Assembly: GCF_006345805.1 (NCBI RefSeq)
Contig: NW_021835871.1
Location: 1-37,703, forward strand
DNA length: 37,703 nt
Direction of reading: 5' to 3'
Origin: Octopus sinensis
Taxonomy: Eukaryota
Shown: in pieces, positions 24,169 to 34,679 of the stretch
How positions within the stretch are numbered: position 1 is the first letter of the stretch
Layout: the number at the start of each line of letters is the position of its first letter
The notes under the pieces: generated by a model
Database searches by the model: none
The model's input: only the letters and a program-made list of their open reading frames with translations
What the model was told of the DNA's origin: nothing
Translations under genes and position numbers: made by a program

Positions 24169-24496
24169 CATATATATATTATATATATATATATTACACA
24201 CACATACACTCGAATTACCCAAGCAATTACGCTGTTTTTATTACTATTAACGTATGTCATAAAAAAGTGAGATCAGTTTTTATTCGCGTTTTTCTTAACT
24301 TCCTAATGTATCTCCCCCACTCTCGCACCGTTTACAATTCACCTTCGTGATTTCATCTCACCCCCCCCCCTCCACCGCTGGAAACGAGAAGAATACTCGT
24401 CTGCATGACAGGTTATTGCTTAACATTAACAACTTTACACATGAAAGGTATGCAGTGATATATCCCTTCCTGTTTTTTTTTCTTTATAAACATAGC

Positions 24497-24655
24497 CACA
24501 GGATTGGCTGTCTGGTATGTAGCTTGTTTACCAACCACATGGTTCCGGGTTCCGTCCCACTGCGTGGCCCCTTGAGCAAGCGTCTTCTACTATAGTCTCG
24601 GGCCAACCAAGGCCTTGTGAGTGGATTTGGTAGGTGGAAACTGAAGAAGCCGTCG

Positions 24656-24691
<36 letters not shown>

Positions 24692-24778
24692 ATATACACA
24701 CACATACGTCTTCCTTTTCTATTGGACTTTTTTCTGTTTTGTGTTTGTTCTTAGTTTTTTTTTATTTGCTATACACAC

Positions 24779-24844
<66 letters not shown>

Positions 24845-25020
24845 GTACGTTTGTGTATATGTTTGTGTGTCTGTGTTTACGTCCCCGTAACTTAGTGGTT
24901 CGGCAAAATTTGCCAATTGAATAAGTACTAGGTTTACAAAGAATAAGACCTGGGGCCGATTAGCTCGACTAGAGGCAGTGCTCTATCATGGCCGCAGTCA
25001 AATGGCTGGAAAGAATAAAA
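24497..25020 (+). mobile_element. SINE family C, expanded by internal microsatellites
   Basis: accaaccacatggttccgggttccgtccc head; gcagtgctctatcatggccgcagtcaaatgg tail. Confidence 0.8.
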
Positions 25021-25767
25021 GAATTAAAGATAGTCAACTCCATGACTTTCTGTCTTGTACCTTAATTGGTATATAGAAACGTGTCTTTATCTTTACTAAC
25101 CAAACCAAGCAAATTTTATCTGGTCCCGGTTCCCCATACATTGTATATGTGAAGTGAAATTTTGTGTGTATACTTAGAGTTGAATTGTTTGTATAACCTC
25201 GTTGTTCTGTTGATCTAATGGGCTAGCATTCTTTAATTGCAATAATTTGTGAATATATAATTGTATTGTATAATGTCGATCTTATATATATTTATACGAA
25301 CATGTAGGTATAATTTCTTCCACACTGAAATTATCACTACATAATGAAGGCTGTGAAACGACTGTAAGCCTAAGGATATTAAGTGGCTAAGTAAATATAT
25401 TTACTTCTCATTTTCTCCTAACTTTTATGGTTTATATATTCTACATGAAATAATTTCATCGATCATCATCAGGAATTTAGCTGCATAGATATTCTCATTA
25501 TATTTCTCTGTTTTGAATTACCATGGGGACGGTTAGCCATGTCCGCAAGAAGAGCTTTCTGTGATAACCACACGATTCTCTAAATTCAAATCTTGTACTG
25601 CAAATATACATATATATATATTTCGTTTTTGGATTTGTTTTGCAAGATTCTTTATGAGAGTTCGTGTGTTGAAGCATATTTTGTTGTGTCTGGGGAGAGT
25701 CATTCTCTTTTTGTGTCTTATTATTTAACACACTCACCGTTTCAGTTTCCACTAATTTACTGCTTTA

Positions 25768-25863
25768 GTTGTGTCTTGCAACCTTGGTCGTTGACTCTGT
25801 CCATTATCCGAGCTGCTGAATAACGGACGGTCAACGACTATTGAAAAGGTTGCAAGACGCAAC
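25768..25863. other. 96-nt imperfect palindrome (pre-miRNA-like hairpin or tiny MITE)
   Basis: gttgtgtcttgcaacctt pairs with aaggttgcaagacgcaac; ggtcgttgac pairs with gtcaacgact; tgtcc/ggacg and ttat/ataa pair towards a small loop. Confidence 0.6.
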
Positions 25864-25894
25864 GAATATATGTGTGCATATATATATATTTTTT

Positions 25895-26350
25895 CTCTCG
25901 CCCTTTTCAAGCCTAGCCAGACTCATGGGCCCGGTTTCCCGGTTTCTGTGGCGTATGTGCCCCCCCCCCCAGCTAGACGGGACGCCAGTCCATCACAGCG
26001 TTACTCAAGAAATGGAAGAGAGAGTGAGAGAAAGTTGGGGCGAAAGAGTACAAGAGGAGTGGCCACCACCTCCTACTGGAGCCTCGTGGAGCTTCAGGTG
26101 TTTTCGCTCAAAAAAACAAACACACACAGCCTACATATTTTTGGCAAAATATGTACCCTTTTACCAAGTTATAACAAAAAGTTAGTGAAATATTTAAAAT
26201 GTTTACAGTTGGATAGATAGACAAATATAACAAAATAATTTGATAAAAAATATGAAGCTTTAATTATTTTCTGAGATTTTACAAAAACAACAAAAATATT
26301 TTTGGTCTGGGAATCGAAACTGCCCTAACCACTGGGCCATTGCGCCTCCA
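25895..26350 (-). mobile_element. SINE family D interrupted by a 172-bp AT-rich insert (26132-26303)
   Basis: Head at 26304-26350, body and tail at 25895-26131. Confidence 0.8.
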
Positions 26351-26819
26351 TATATATATTGTATGTATGTTTGTATGTATATCCAAATGTGAAGTTGGGA
26401 ACGTTTTTTTGCCATAATTTATTCAGCGTTACACATATTTCATTTGTTAATAGGAATTGGGTAAACGAAACGGGTCGATAAAAAAGAAAACAAGTATTGG
26501 GACAAATCTGTTCGACTAAAAACCACACTACATGACTGGTACTTTGTTTTCATCGACCTGGACCGGGGGGTGGAGGTGGGAAGACAAAGTTGTCCTCTGC
26601 GAAATTCGAACTCAGAACGCGAAGGGCCGGAGGAAATACTGTAAGTCCTTTGATCTGGGGGGTGGGGGCGAATCATCCGAATAAAAGTTTCTTCAAGCTG
26701 GTGCCCCAGCATGGCCGCGTTCTTGTGACCGAAGCAAGTGAAAGATAAAAGATATAACGTACATACACCTGCGATTGTTAATAGGATATGTTGGCGAACA
26801 GTCGCACCCAGCGCACTCA

Positions 26820-27720
26820 GAACTATACGTGCGCGCGCACACACCACACACATACACACACACGCACACACACACACGCACACATACACACACGCACACA
26901 CACACATGTAGAAACGTATATGCAAATTGACACACACAAACATGCACATATGTATATGCACATATGCATTCTTCATACACACACACACGCACATATACAC
27001 ACATATATGCACACACATACACACACATATACATACATATATAGACATATTTGCAAATAGACACACGAACACACACACATATACACACACGTATATAGAG
27101 ACACATACACACACATACATACATATAGAGGCGTATATGCAAATAGACACACACACACACACGCACATATGTATACGCATATATGCATTCCTCATACACA
27201 CACACACACACGCACATGCACACACACATATACACACATGCTAACACATATACATGCATATAGGGACATATATGCAAATAGACACACACACACACACACA
27301 CATGCAAGCACATTCACATATGTATATGCATATATGCATTCCTCATACACACACACGCACACACATATATATATATACACACATACACATACATATACAT
27401 ACATATTGAGATTTATATGAAAAATACACACGCGCACACACACATAGAAGCGCATATAGAGACACATGCAAATAGACACACACACACACACACACATTCA
27501 CACATGCATATGCACATATTCATTCGTCTCACACACATACACACACACACACATACATATAGAGACACACACACACACACACACACACACGCATACACAT
27601 ACAAGCACATTCACGCATGTATATGCACTATTCATCCCTCATACACACACGCACACACACGCGCACACGTGTATATATACACTCATATATATATATATAT
27701 ATACACACACACTTGCGGAA
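26820..27720. repeat. Degenerate (CA)/(CATA) satellite with higher-order units
   Basis: tgcaaat(a/t)gacac recurs five times, and gcattc(c/t)tcatacac three times. Confidence 0.8.
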
Positions 27721-27727
27721 CACTCAC

Positions 27728-27818
27728 CAATGACCACTCAGTCCGCATCGACACTCCTTCACATGGCCAAGAGACAATGGAGTTATTTACTACTTTACAA
27801 ATCATGAAATCTAATCCA
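27728..27818 (-). CDS. Candidate isolated internal exon (91 nt)
   Basis: Minus-strand acceptor gtgttttgttttattttaag| and donor TTG|gtgagt; one open frame GLDFMICKVVNNSIVSWPCEGVSMRTEWSL. No homology recognised. Confidence 0.3.
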
Positions 27819-28009
27819 CTTAAAATAAAACAAAACACAACAAGCGTCTCCACTCCCCCCTCTCTCTCCCCCCATCTCCCCAACTTCCCACCCCATCCAC
27901 TTCTCCGTGCAACCCCATCCCCTCCCTCGCCGACCTCCTCACGTGAAGCAATATCCACTGGAAATCGAATTACGTAAATGAAAACGAAAATAAAAGATAT
28001 ACGATCGAT

Positions 28010-28520
<511 letters not shown>

Positions 28521-28875
28521 CCTGACATAACAGTCATGTCGTTAAAGGCAAAAGCTTCCTGGTGTTATTGCTCACCAATTGCATGAATAATGGTGATAAC
28601 TCGGACTATTTCAACTCCTTGAACGTCACATGTGACGCACAACGTTCCTATGTGTACTCAGTCCACACGCTTCCTCTTAACATTTGTGTCATTACATCAT
28701 CAGCCCTCTCTCATTACTCTGTGGTAATAAGTTTGATTTTCAACCAGATCCGTCCGGGTTCAGTCCCACTGTATGACACCTTGGGCAAGTGCTTTCTACA
28801 ATAGCCTCACACCATTCCAAGTTGGTTAGATGGAAACCGAAAGAAGTCTTTTGTATACAGGTTACATAAACGTCG

Positions 28876-28986
<111 letters not shown>

Positions 28987-29040
28987 GTCTGTCTGTCTGT
29001 CTGTCTGTCTAAGATTATATATATATTTGTGTGTGTGTGC

Positions 29041-29078
<38 letters not shown>

Positions 29079-29091
29079 GTACATACATATG

Positions 29092-29122
<31 letters not shown>

Positions 29123-29165
29123 TATATATATATAATATATATATACGTATAGGTATATAAACATG

Positions 29166-29201
<36 letters not shown>

Positions 29202-29253
29202 CACATACATAAATATATATATATATAATATATATATATATATACACATACAT

Positions 29254-29284
<31 letters not shown>

Positions 29285-29479
29285 TTAAGAAGGTGAATGA
29301 ATTATCCTAGTATGGATAATTCGGTTAACCGATACCTGGGTAGCAAATTCACGTCAGAAAACACGGTTGAAGCTATATGCCAAGTGCAGGGATCCCGTGT
29401 TCTCGTGTGTAAATTTGTGTGTTTTTTTTTAACTATGAATAAATGAAAGAATGGAGTCGAACGACGATTTTTAACAAAA

Positions 29480-29578
29480 TTCCTTTACTCTCGACACATG
29501 TTTCGAAGGCTGCATATTCCTAATTCCGAAGGAATAAAGGGTGCATTATGCCGCCATCTCATCAGGAAAGACAAGGAA
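29480..29578 (-). ncRNA. Type I hammerhead ribozyme (mirror copy)
   Basis: Reverse complement of 29678-29776; stem III loop AUGU instead of AUAU. Confidence 0.75.
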
Positions 29579-29677
29579 CTTATGTCAGCACCATAGACGA
29601 CTGCCCACATGATGTCCATGTGGACATCATGTGGGCAGTCATCTAAAAGTTTTTGCTCTTCATGGTGCTGACATAAG

Positions 29678-29776
29678 TTCCTTGTCTTTCCTGATGAGAT
29701 GGCGGCATAATGCACCCTTTATTCCTTCGGAATTAGGAATATGCAGCCTTCGAAACATATGTCGAGAGTAAAGGAA
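29678..29776 (+). ncRNA. Type I hammerhead ribozyme
   Basis: Core CUGAUGA (29691-29697) and GAAA (29752-29755); stem II closed by G29698-C29751; stem III AC-auau-GU; cleavage triplet GUC (29761-29763); stem I uuccuu-gu-cuuuc / gagag-ua-aaggaa with a 2x2 internal loop. Confidence 0.8.
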
Positions 29777-29834
29777 TTTTGTTAAAAATCGTCGTTCGAC
29801 TCCATTCTTTCATTTATATATATATATATATATA

Positions 29835-29898
<64 letters not shown>

Positions 29899-30297
29899 CA
29901 TTGATTTCTCTTAGTCTTGACAATTCAAAAGAGTAAGCTTCGCTGATGAATCCCTATGAGGCCGAAACATGGTATTCATTTCTAAAGAATAGATCTGTTC
30001 CAATCTGCATTGCTTATTTTAAATTTTACCTCTCATCTTTAATTTACAGAGCATAAAATTTGGTTAATGTCGCTGCTAAAATGGCGCACACAACGCAGTA
30101 AGTGACGTGCTGAATCAACAGTATCCACCGTGTTCTCTTGTGTATCTCTCTTTCTCGCGAAACCGGATACCAATGCGAACGGATTGGTTACTCATTTATC
30201 TATGTACTTAGTCACATATTTGAAATTAAAAGCATTACTTCCAGCCATAAGTGTGGCTATATCTACAGAAGAACCAGTGATTTCGCTATAGAAAATA

Positions 30298-30738
30298 AGA
30301 GCAAAAGCAAGCTATTATTTTAAGATACTCCGCTTCGTTGTTATTAAAAGGTTTGATCACGGCAAACAGAAAACTAACATCGGAAGACACTTAGGCTTTG
30401 CTGAGTCAACGATTCGAACTATTTTGGGCCAAGTAAATAAACACCGGAATCAAGGTTGACTGGCACCTAGATTATTAAATATATAATGTACTAGAAATCG
30501 AAGTTCAATATTGATTGAGATGGAAGATCTATTAATATTTTGGTTATCAGAAGTGAATTCTGATTGACCTCAATAATATCATGATCAAAGTTATTTGCGT
30601 TTAGTTTTTCTTGACAGAAAACAAATATGAAGACGAGCCAGCAGAATTGGTTGGAAAATTTCAAAGTTTGAACGGGAATGTAAGCGTAAAAACAGCAGGG
30701 GAAGCTGCGAATACAGATGAAGATGTCGCAGTAAACTA
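30298..30738 (+). pseudogene. Tigger/pogo-family transposase N-terminal remnant (CENP-B-type HTH domains)
   Basis: VIKRFDHGKQKTNIGRHLGFAESTIRTIL...TRNRSSILIEMEDLLIFW...(AS)..WLENFK...VKTAGEAANTDEDVA, with stops and frameshifts; matches the Tigger 'ASxGW..FK...GEAASAD' architecture; truncated by a SINE. Confidence 0.8.
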
Positions 30739-30742
30739 ACCA

Positions 30743-30898
30743 GGAGTGGGTGTATGGTAAGAAGCTTTTTTCCCAACCACATAGTTCTGGGTTCAGTTCC
30801 ACTGCATGGCACCTTGGGCACATGTCTTCTACTATAGCCTCGGGGCAACCAAAGCCTTGGGAGTGGATTTGGTAGACGGAAACTGAAAGAAGCCCGTC

Positions 30899-30935
<37 letters not shown>

Positions 30936-31310
30936 GGCGTGGGTGTGTGCTAAGAAGCTTACTTTCCAGCCACATGGTTCCGGGTTCAGTTCTACTGCGT
31001 GGCACCTTGTGTCTTCTACTATATCCTTGGGCCGATCAAAGCCTTGTGAGTGCATTTGGTAGACGGAAACTGAAAGAAGCCTTCGTGTATATATATTTAT
31101 GTGTGAATGTTTTGTGTCTGTGTTTGCACCCTCACCGTTGCTTGACAACCGATGTTGGTGTGCTTATGTCCTTGATATTAGCTGTTCAGCAAAAGAGACC
31201 TATAGAATTTGTACTAGGTTTACAAAGAATAATCCCTGGGTTTGGCTTCTTCGACTAAAGGAGGTGCTCCAGCATTGCCGCAGCCAAATGACTGAAACAA
31301 ATACGAAAAA
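30743..31310 (+). mobile_element. Two tandem SINE family C copies (30743-30905 partial; 30936-31310 near full-length)
   Basis: aagaagct...ccacatggttccgggttcagttc heads; gaaagaagcccgtcgtatat centre. Confidence 0.85.
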
Positions 31311-31334
31311 AAAAAGAATTGAAGAAAATAACTA

Positions 31335-31741
31335 TCTTTTTATTTGTTTCAGTCACTGGACTGCGGCCATGCTGGGGCACCGCCTTTTAAGGTTTTAGGC
31401 AAAGAAATCGACTCCAATACTAATGTCTATTTTTTTAAAGTCTGGTATTTAATCTATCAACCTCTATTACTGAACTACTAAGTTAGAGGAGCGTAAACAA
31501 GCCAACGGCAGTTGTCGAGTGGTGGAGAGCATACACAAACACAAACACACGCATGCACTCACACACACATACACCCTCCCAGACACATTCATATACGACG
31601 GGCTTCCACACAGTTTCCCCTACGAAATTCACTCACAAGGTATTGGTCAGCCCGGGTCTATGATAGAAGAGACTTGGCCAATGGGCAAGTGAGCCCGAAA
31701 CCACATGGTTTGTCAACCAGGCTTCTTAACTACACAGCCAT
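31335..31741 (-). mobile_element. SINE family C (diverged), tail-to-tail with the preceding copy
   Basis: Reverse-complement family C tail, centre and head. Confidence 0.75.
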
Positions 31742-32190
31742 AGCAGGGCCTTGAAAGTAATTGGGAAGCCTAACTACGTTGCTCGTTAAATCTTCAATAC
31801 GGACAAAACTGGGGGGAGGGTGTCTAAGAAAAAAGGCATCAAGAAAATTCCATTTATTGTCGAAAAAATAGTTGAGCATCGCATCTGACCCGGTTAGAAA
31901 ACACCAAAAGAAAACATAACACTTTTACTTGGAAGCAATGTTTAGGAGCGGGTGGGAATGACCTCCGATTAAGTTTGAAGTTTTTTCTCTTTTTATCGAA
32001 AAAGAGAACCAAAATCTTTAAAAGAATGCAAGAACCAAGCTGTTCCGATCATTTGACAACCTAATGAAAAAGACATAAATCAATCGATCGGTTGATGTGT
32101 TTTGTTTTGCCATTTTGGTCTGAAAGTGGAAAGTTATTCCTGGAAAAATAATTTAATTTTGTAAGTACTTTTCGATTCTTTGTAATAAAT

Positions 32191-32808
32191 AACCTTGGTC
32201 ACACTTATATAACCCTGGTAACTCTTATATAACCCTGGTCACACTTATATAACCTGGTCACACCTATATAACCCTGGTCACACTTATATAACCCTGGTCA
32301 TCCTTATATAGCCCTGGTCACACTTATATAACCCTGGTTACCTTTATATAACCCTGGTCACACTTATATAACCCTGGTCACCCTTATATAACACTGGTCA
32401 CCCTTATATAACCCGGGTCACCCTTATATAACCCGGGTCACCCTTATATAACCCTGGTTACCCTTATATAACCCGGGTCACCCTTATATAACCCTGACTA
32501 CCCTTATATAACCTTGGTCACCCTTATATAACCCTGGTTACCCTTATATCACTCTGGTCACACATATAGCCATGGTCATACTTATATAACCCTGGTCATC
32601 CTTATATAACCCTGGGCACCCTTATATAACCCGGGTCACCCTTATATAACCCTGGTCACCTTTATATAACCCTGGTCACACTTATATAGCCCTGGTCACA
32701 CTTATATATCCCTGGTCACACTTATATAACCCTGGTCACACTTATATAACTCTGGTTACTCTTATATAACCCTAGTCACACTTATATAGCCCTGGTCACC
32801 CCTATATA
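32191..32808. repeat. 20-bp minisatellite, ~31 copies, consensus aaccctggtcac(a/c)cttatat
   Basis: Direct reading; contiguous units without spacers. Confidence 0.95.
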
Positions 32809-32859
32809 CTAAGACATTTTGTATTAATGTAGAGGTCATATTTTTATCACCGACATTGT

Positions 32860-33180
32860 CGCATTCGGTGACTTAGTGGTTAGGGTAATCGGCTCGCGAT
32901 CGTGAAGTCGTCAGTTCGATTCCCAGCGGCGTGTCGTGTCTTTGAGTAAGGCACTTTAGTTCACGTTTCTCCAGTCCACTCAGCTGGCAAAAATGATAGT
33001 ACCTGTATTTCAAAGGGCCAGCCTTGTCACACTCTGTGTCACGCTGAATCTTCTTGACAACTACGTTAAGGGTACACGTGTCAATGGTGTGCTCAACCAC
33101 TTACAAGTTAATGTCACGGGCAGGTTGTTTCGTTGATCGGCTCAACTGGAACGCTCGTCGTCGCAACTGACGGAGTGCCA
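32860..33180 (+). mobile_element. SINE family B
   Basis: cttagtggttagggtaatcggctcgcgatcg...gttcgattccc head, with B centre and tail. Confidence 0.85.
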
Positions 33181-33325
33181 GTTTTATAGGTCTTTGAACT
33201 AAGGAACGATAACTACAGAGAAGAAGTATTAAAGTCAAGAAATCTTTTTCACAGGCGGAACTGGAGAAGAAATCCTTTAACAATTTCGCCCCCAACCAAA
33301 AAAAAAAAAAAGACCCAATAAACGC

Positions 33326-33466
33326 AGGCATTGCTTACCAACCACATTGTTCCAGGTTCAATCCTACTGCGTGGCACCTTGGGCAAGCTTCTTCTACTAT
33401 AGCTTCGGGACGACCAAAGCGTTGTGAGTGGATTTGGTAGACGGAAACTGAAAGAAGCCCCGTGTG

Positions 33467-33533
<67 letters not shown>

Positions 33534-33690
33534 TGGTGTGTCTGTGACCCCGTAACCTAGCGGTTCGACAAAAACCGATAGAATAAGTACTAGGCTTACA
33601 AAGAATAAATCCTGGGGTCGATTTGTTCGACTAAAAAGGCGGTGCTCCAGCATAGCTGCATCGAATAACTGAAACGAGGAAAAGGAAAGA
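33326..33690 (+). mobile_element. SINE family C
   Basis: Family C head, centre and tail. Confidence 0.8.
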
Positions 33691-33967
33691 AACAACCAAT
33701 CGGAAATACTCAGGAATCATGGGAATCTAAGTTTATGGAAGTAGTCTTGTAGAATGTCATCCGATTTGCCTGAGCGGATGGTTTTAGTAGCTTAAAGAAA
33801 TGGCGAGTAAATAAAGGCGTTGATGGATTCGTTACCGTTGCGGAGATGAGCTTTGTCATGGAGGATGTCGATGCGAAAAATATTCTGAGATTATTGACTT
33901 TCTTTTTAACATTGGAAAGATTTGATTGCCGACGATCTCAATGCATTCGGATATCAATAGGCATTTA

Positions 33968-34190
33968 AAGAAGAAGGTGGAGGAGAAGAAGAAGGAGGAG
34001 AGGGGGGGAGAAGAAGAAGCAGGAGGAAGAAGGAGAAGGAGGGGAAGAGTCACGAGGAGGAGAAGAAGCAGGAGGCGAAGTAGAAGCAGGAGGAGGAGGA
34101 AGAGGAGAAGAAGAAGAAGAAGAAGAAGAAGAAGAGAAGAAGAAGAAGAAGAAGAAGAAGAAGAAGAAGAAGAAGAAGAAGAAGAAGAAG
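33968..34190. repeat. (GAA)n/(GGA)n purine tract
   Basis: Direct reading; source of the R/E-rich ORF 33926-34297. Confidence 0.9.
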
Positions 34191-34679
34191 AATTTGAAAG
34201 GAACAGAAAACGTTTCAAAAGAGATAGCGGTAAAAGAACTCGAAGAATATTGTTTTTTTTTTCAGAATATCGAGTCAAAGCCCGAAAAAGCGATTAATGG
34301 ATATGGATCCGAATTGCCACAGAAATATATTCATTTTTCGAGGTTTTTAGATAATCAAATTCTTTGTTATTGCAAAATGTATGCAGAGAAGACAAAAAAA
34401 AAAAGAAAAAAATGAACAAAAAAGCATCTCAAAGAAGCAAAAACTCTTCCTTTGAAACTTGACAGGGTTTTCTCTTGTGGGTGGGGGTAGGAGGAATGAA
34501 TATTTTACAATAATTCCAAATAAAAAAATTCTAGGATTAAATTGTAACCATTCTCTTTTATTATTTTAGATTTGATTTATCCGTTTTTGATATGGGCGAA
34601 GGTTAGTTATTGACTTCCGTTCGTTTTTATCTGTTCGCTTACCGGTTTCTCATTATGAAGATGATGATGATGATGATGA

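Larger units (their letters stand above)
29439..29817. mobile_element. 379-bp palindrome of two inverted 156-bp arms (Penelope pLTR-like fold-back)
   Basis: Arms 29439-29594 and 29662-29817 are reverse complements with a single mismatch; the right arm abuts (TA)n. Confidence 0.9.

Noticed and set aside
25340-25380. Hammerhead-like taatgaaggctgtgaaacgactgta
   Set aside because: The core strand is not CUGANGA and stem II cannot form before GAAA.
29439-29817. Canonical retrozyme
   Set aside because: Retrozyme hammerheads lie in direct LTR-like repeats that release a monomer RNA; here the two ribozymes are inverted, so one transcript has only one sense ribozyme.
32191-32808. CRISPR-like array
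   Set aside because: Units are contiguous with no unique spacers, no cas genes, and the context is eukaryotic.
33790-33965. EF-hand-like peptide NKGVDGFVTVAEM in an open frame
   Set aside because: Loop positions 1 and 3 are not acidic, and there are no convincing splice sites or start codon; likely chance.
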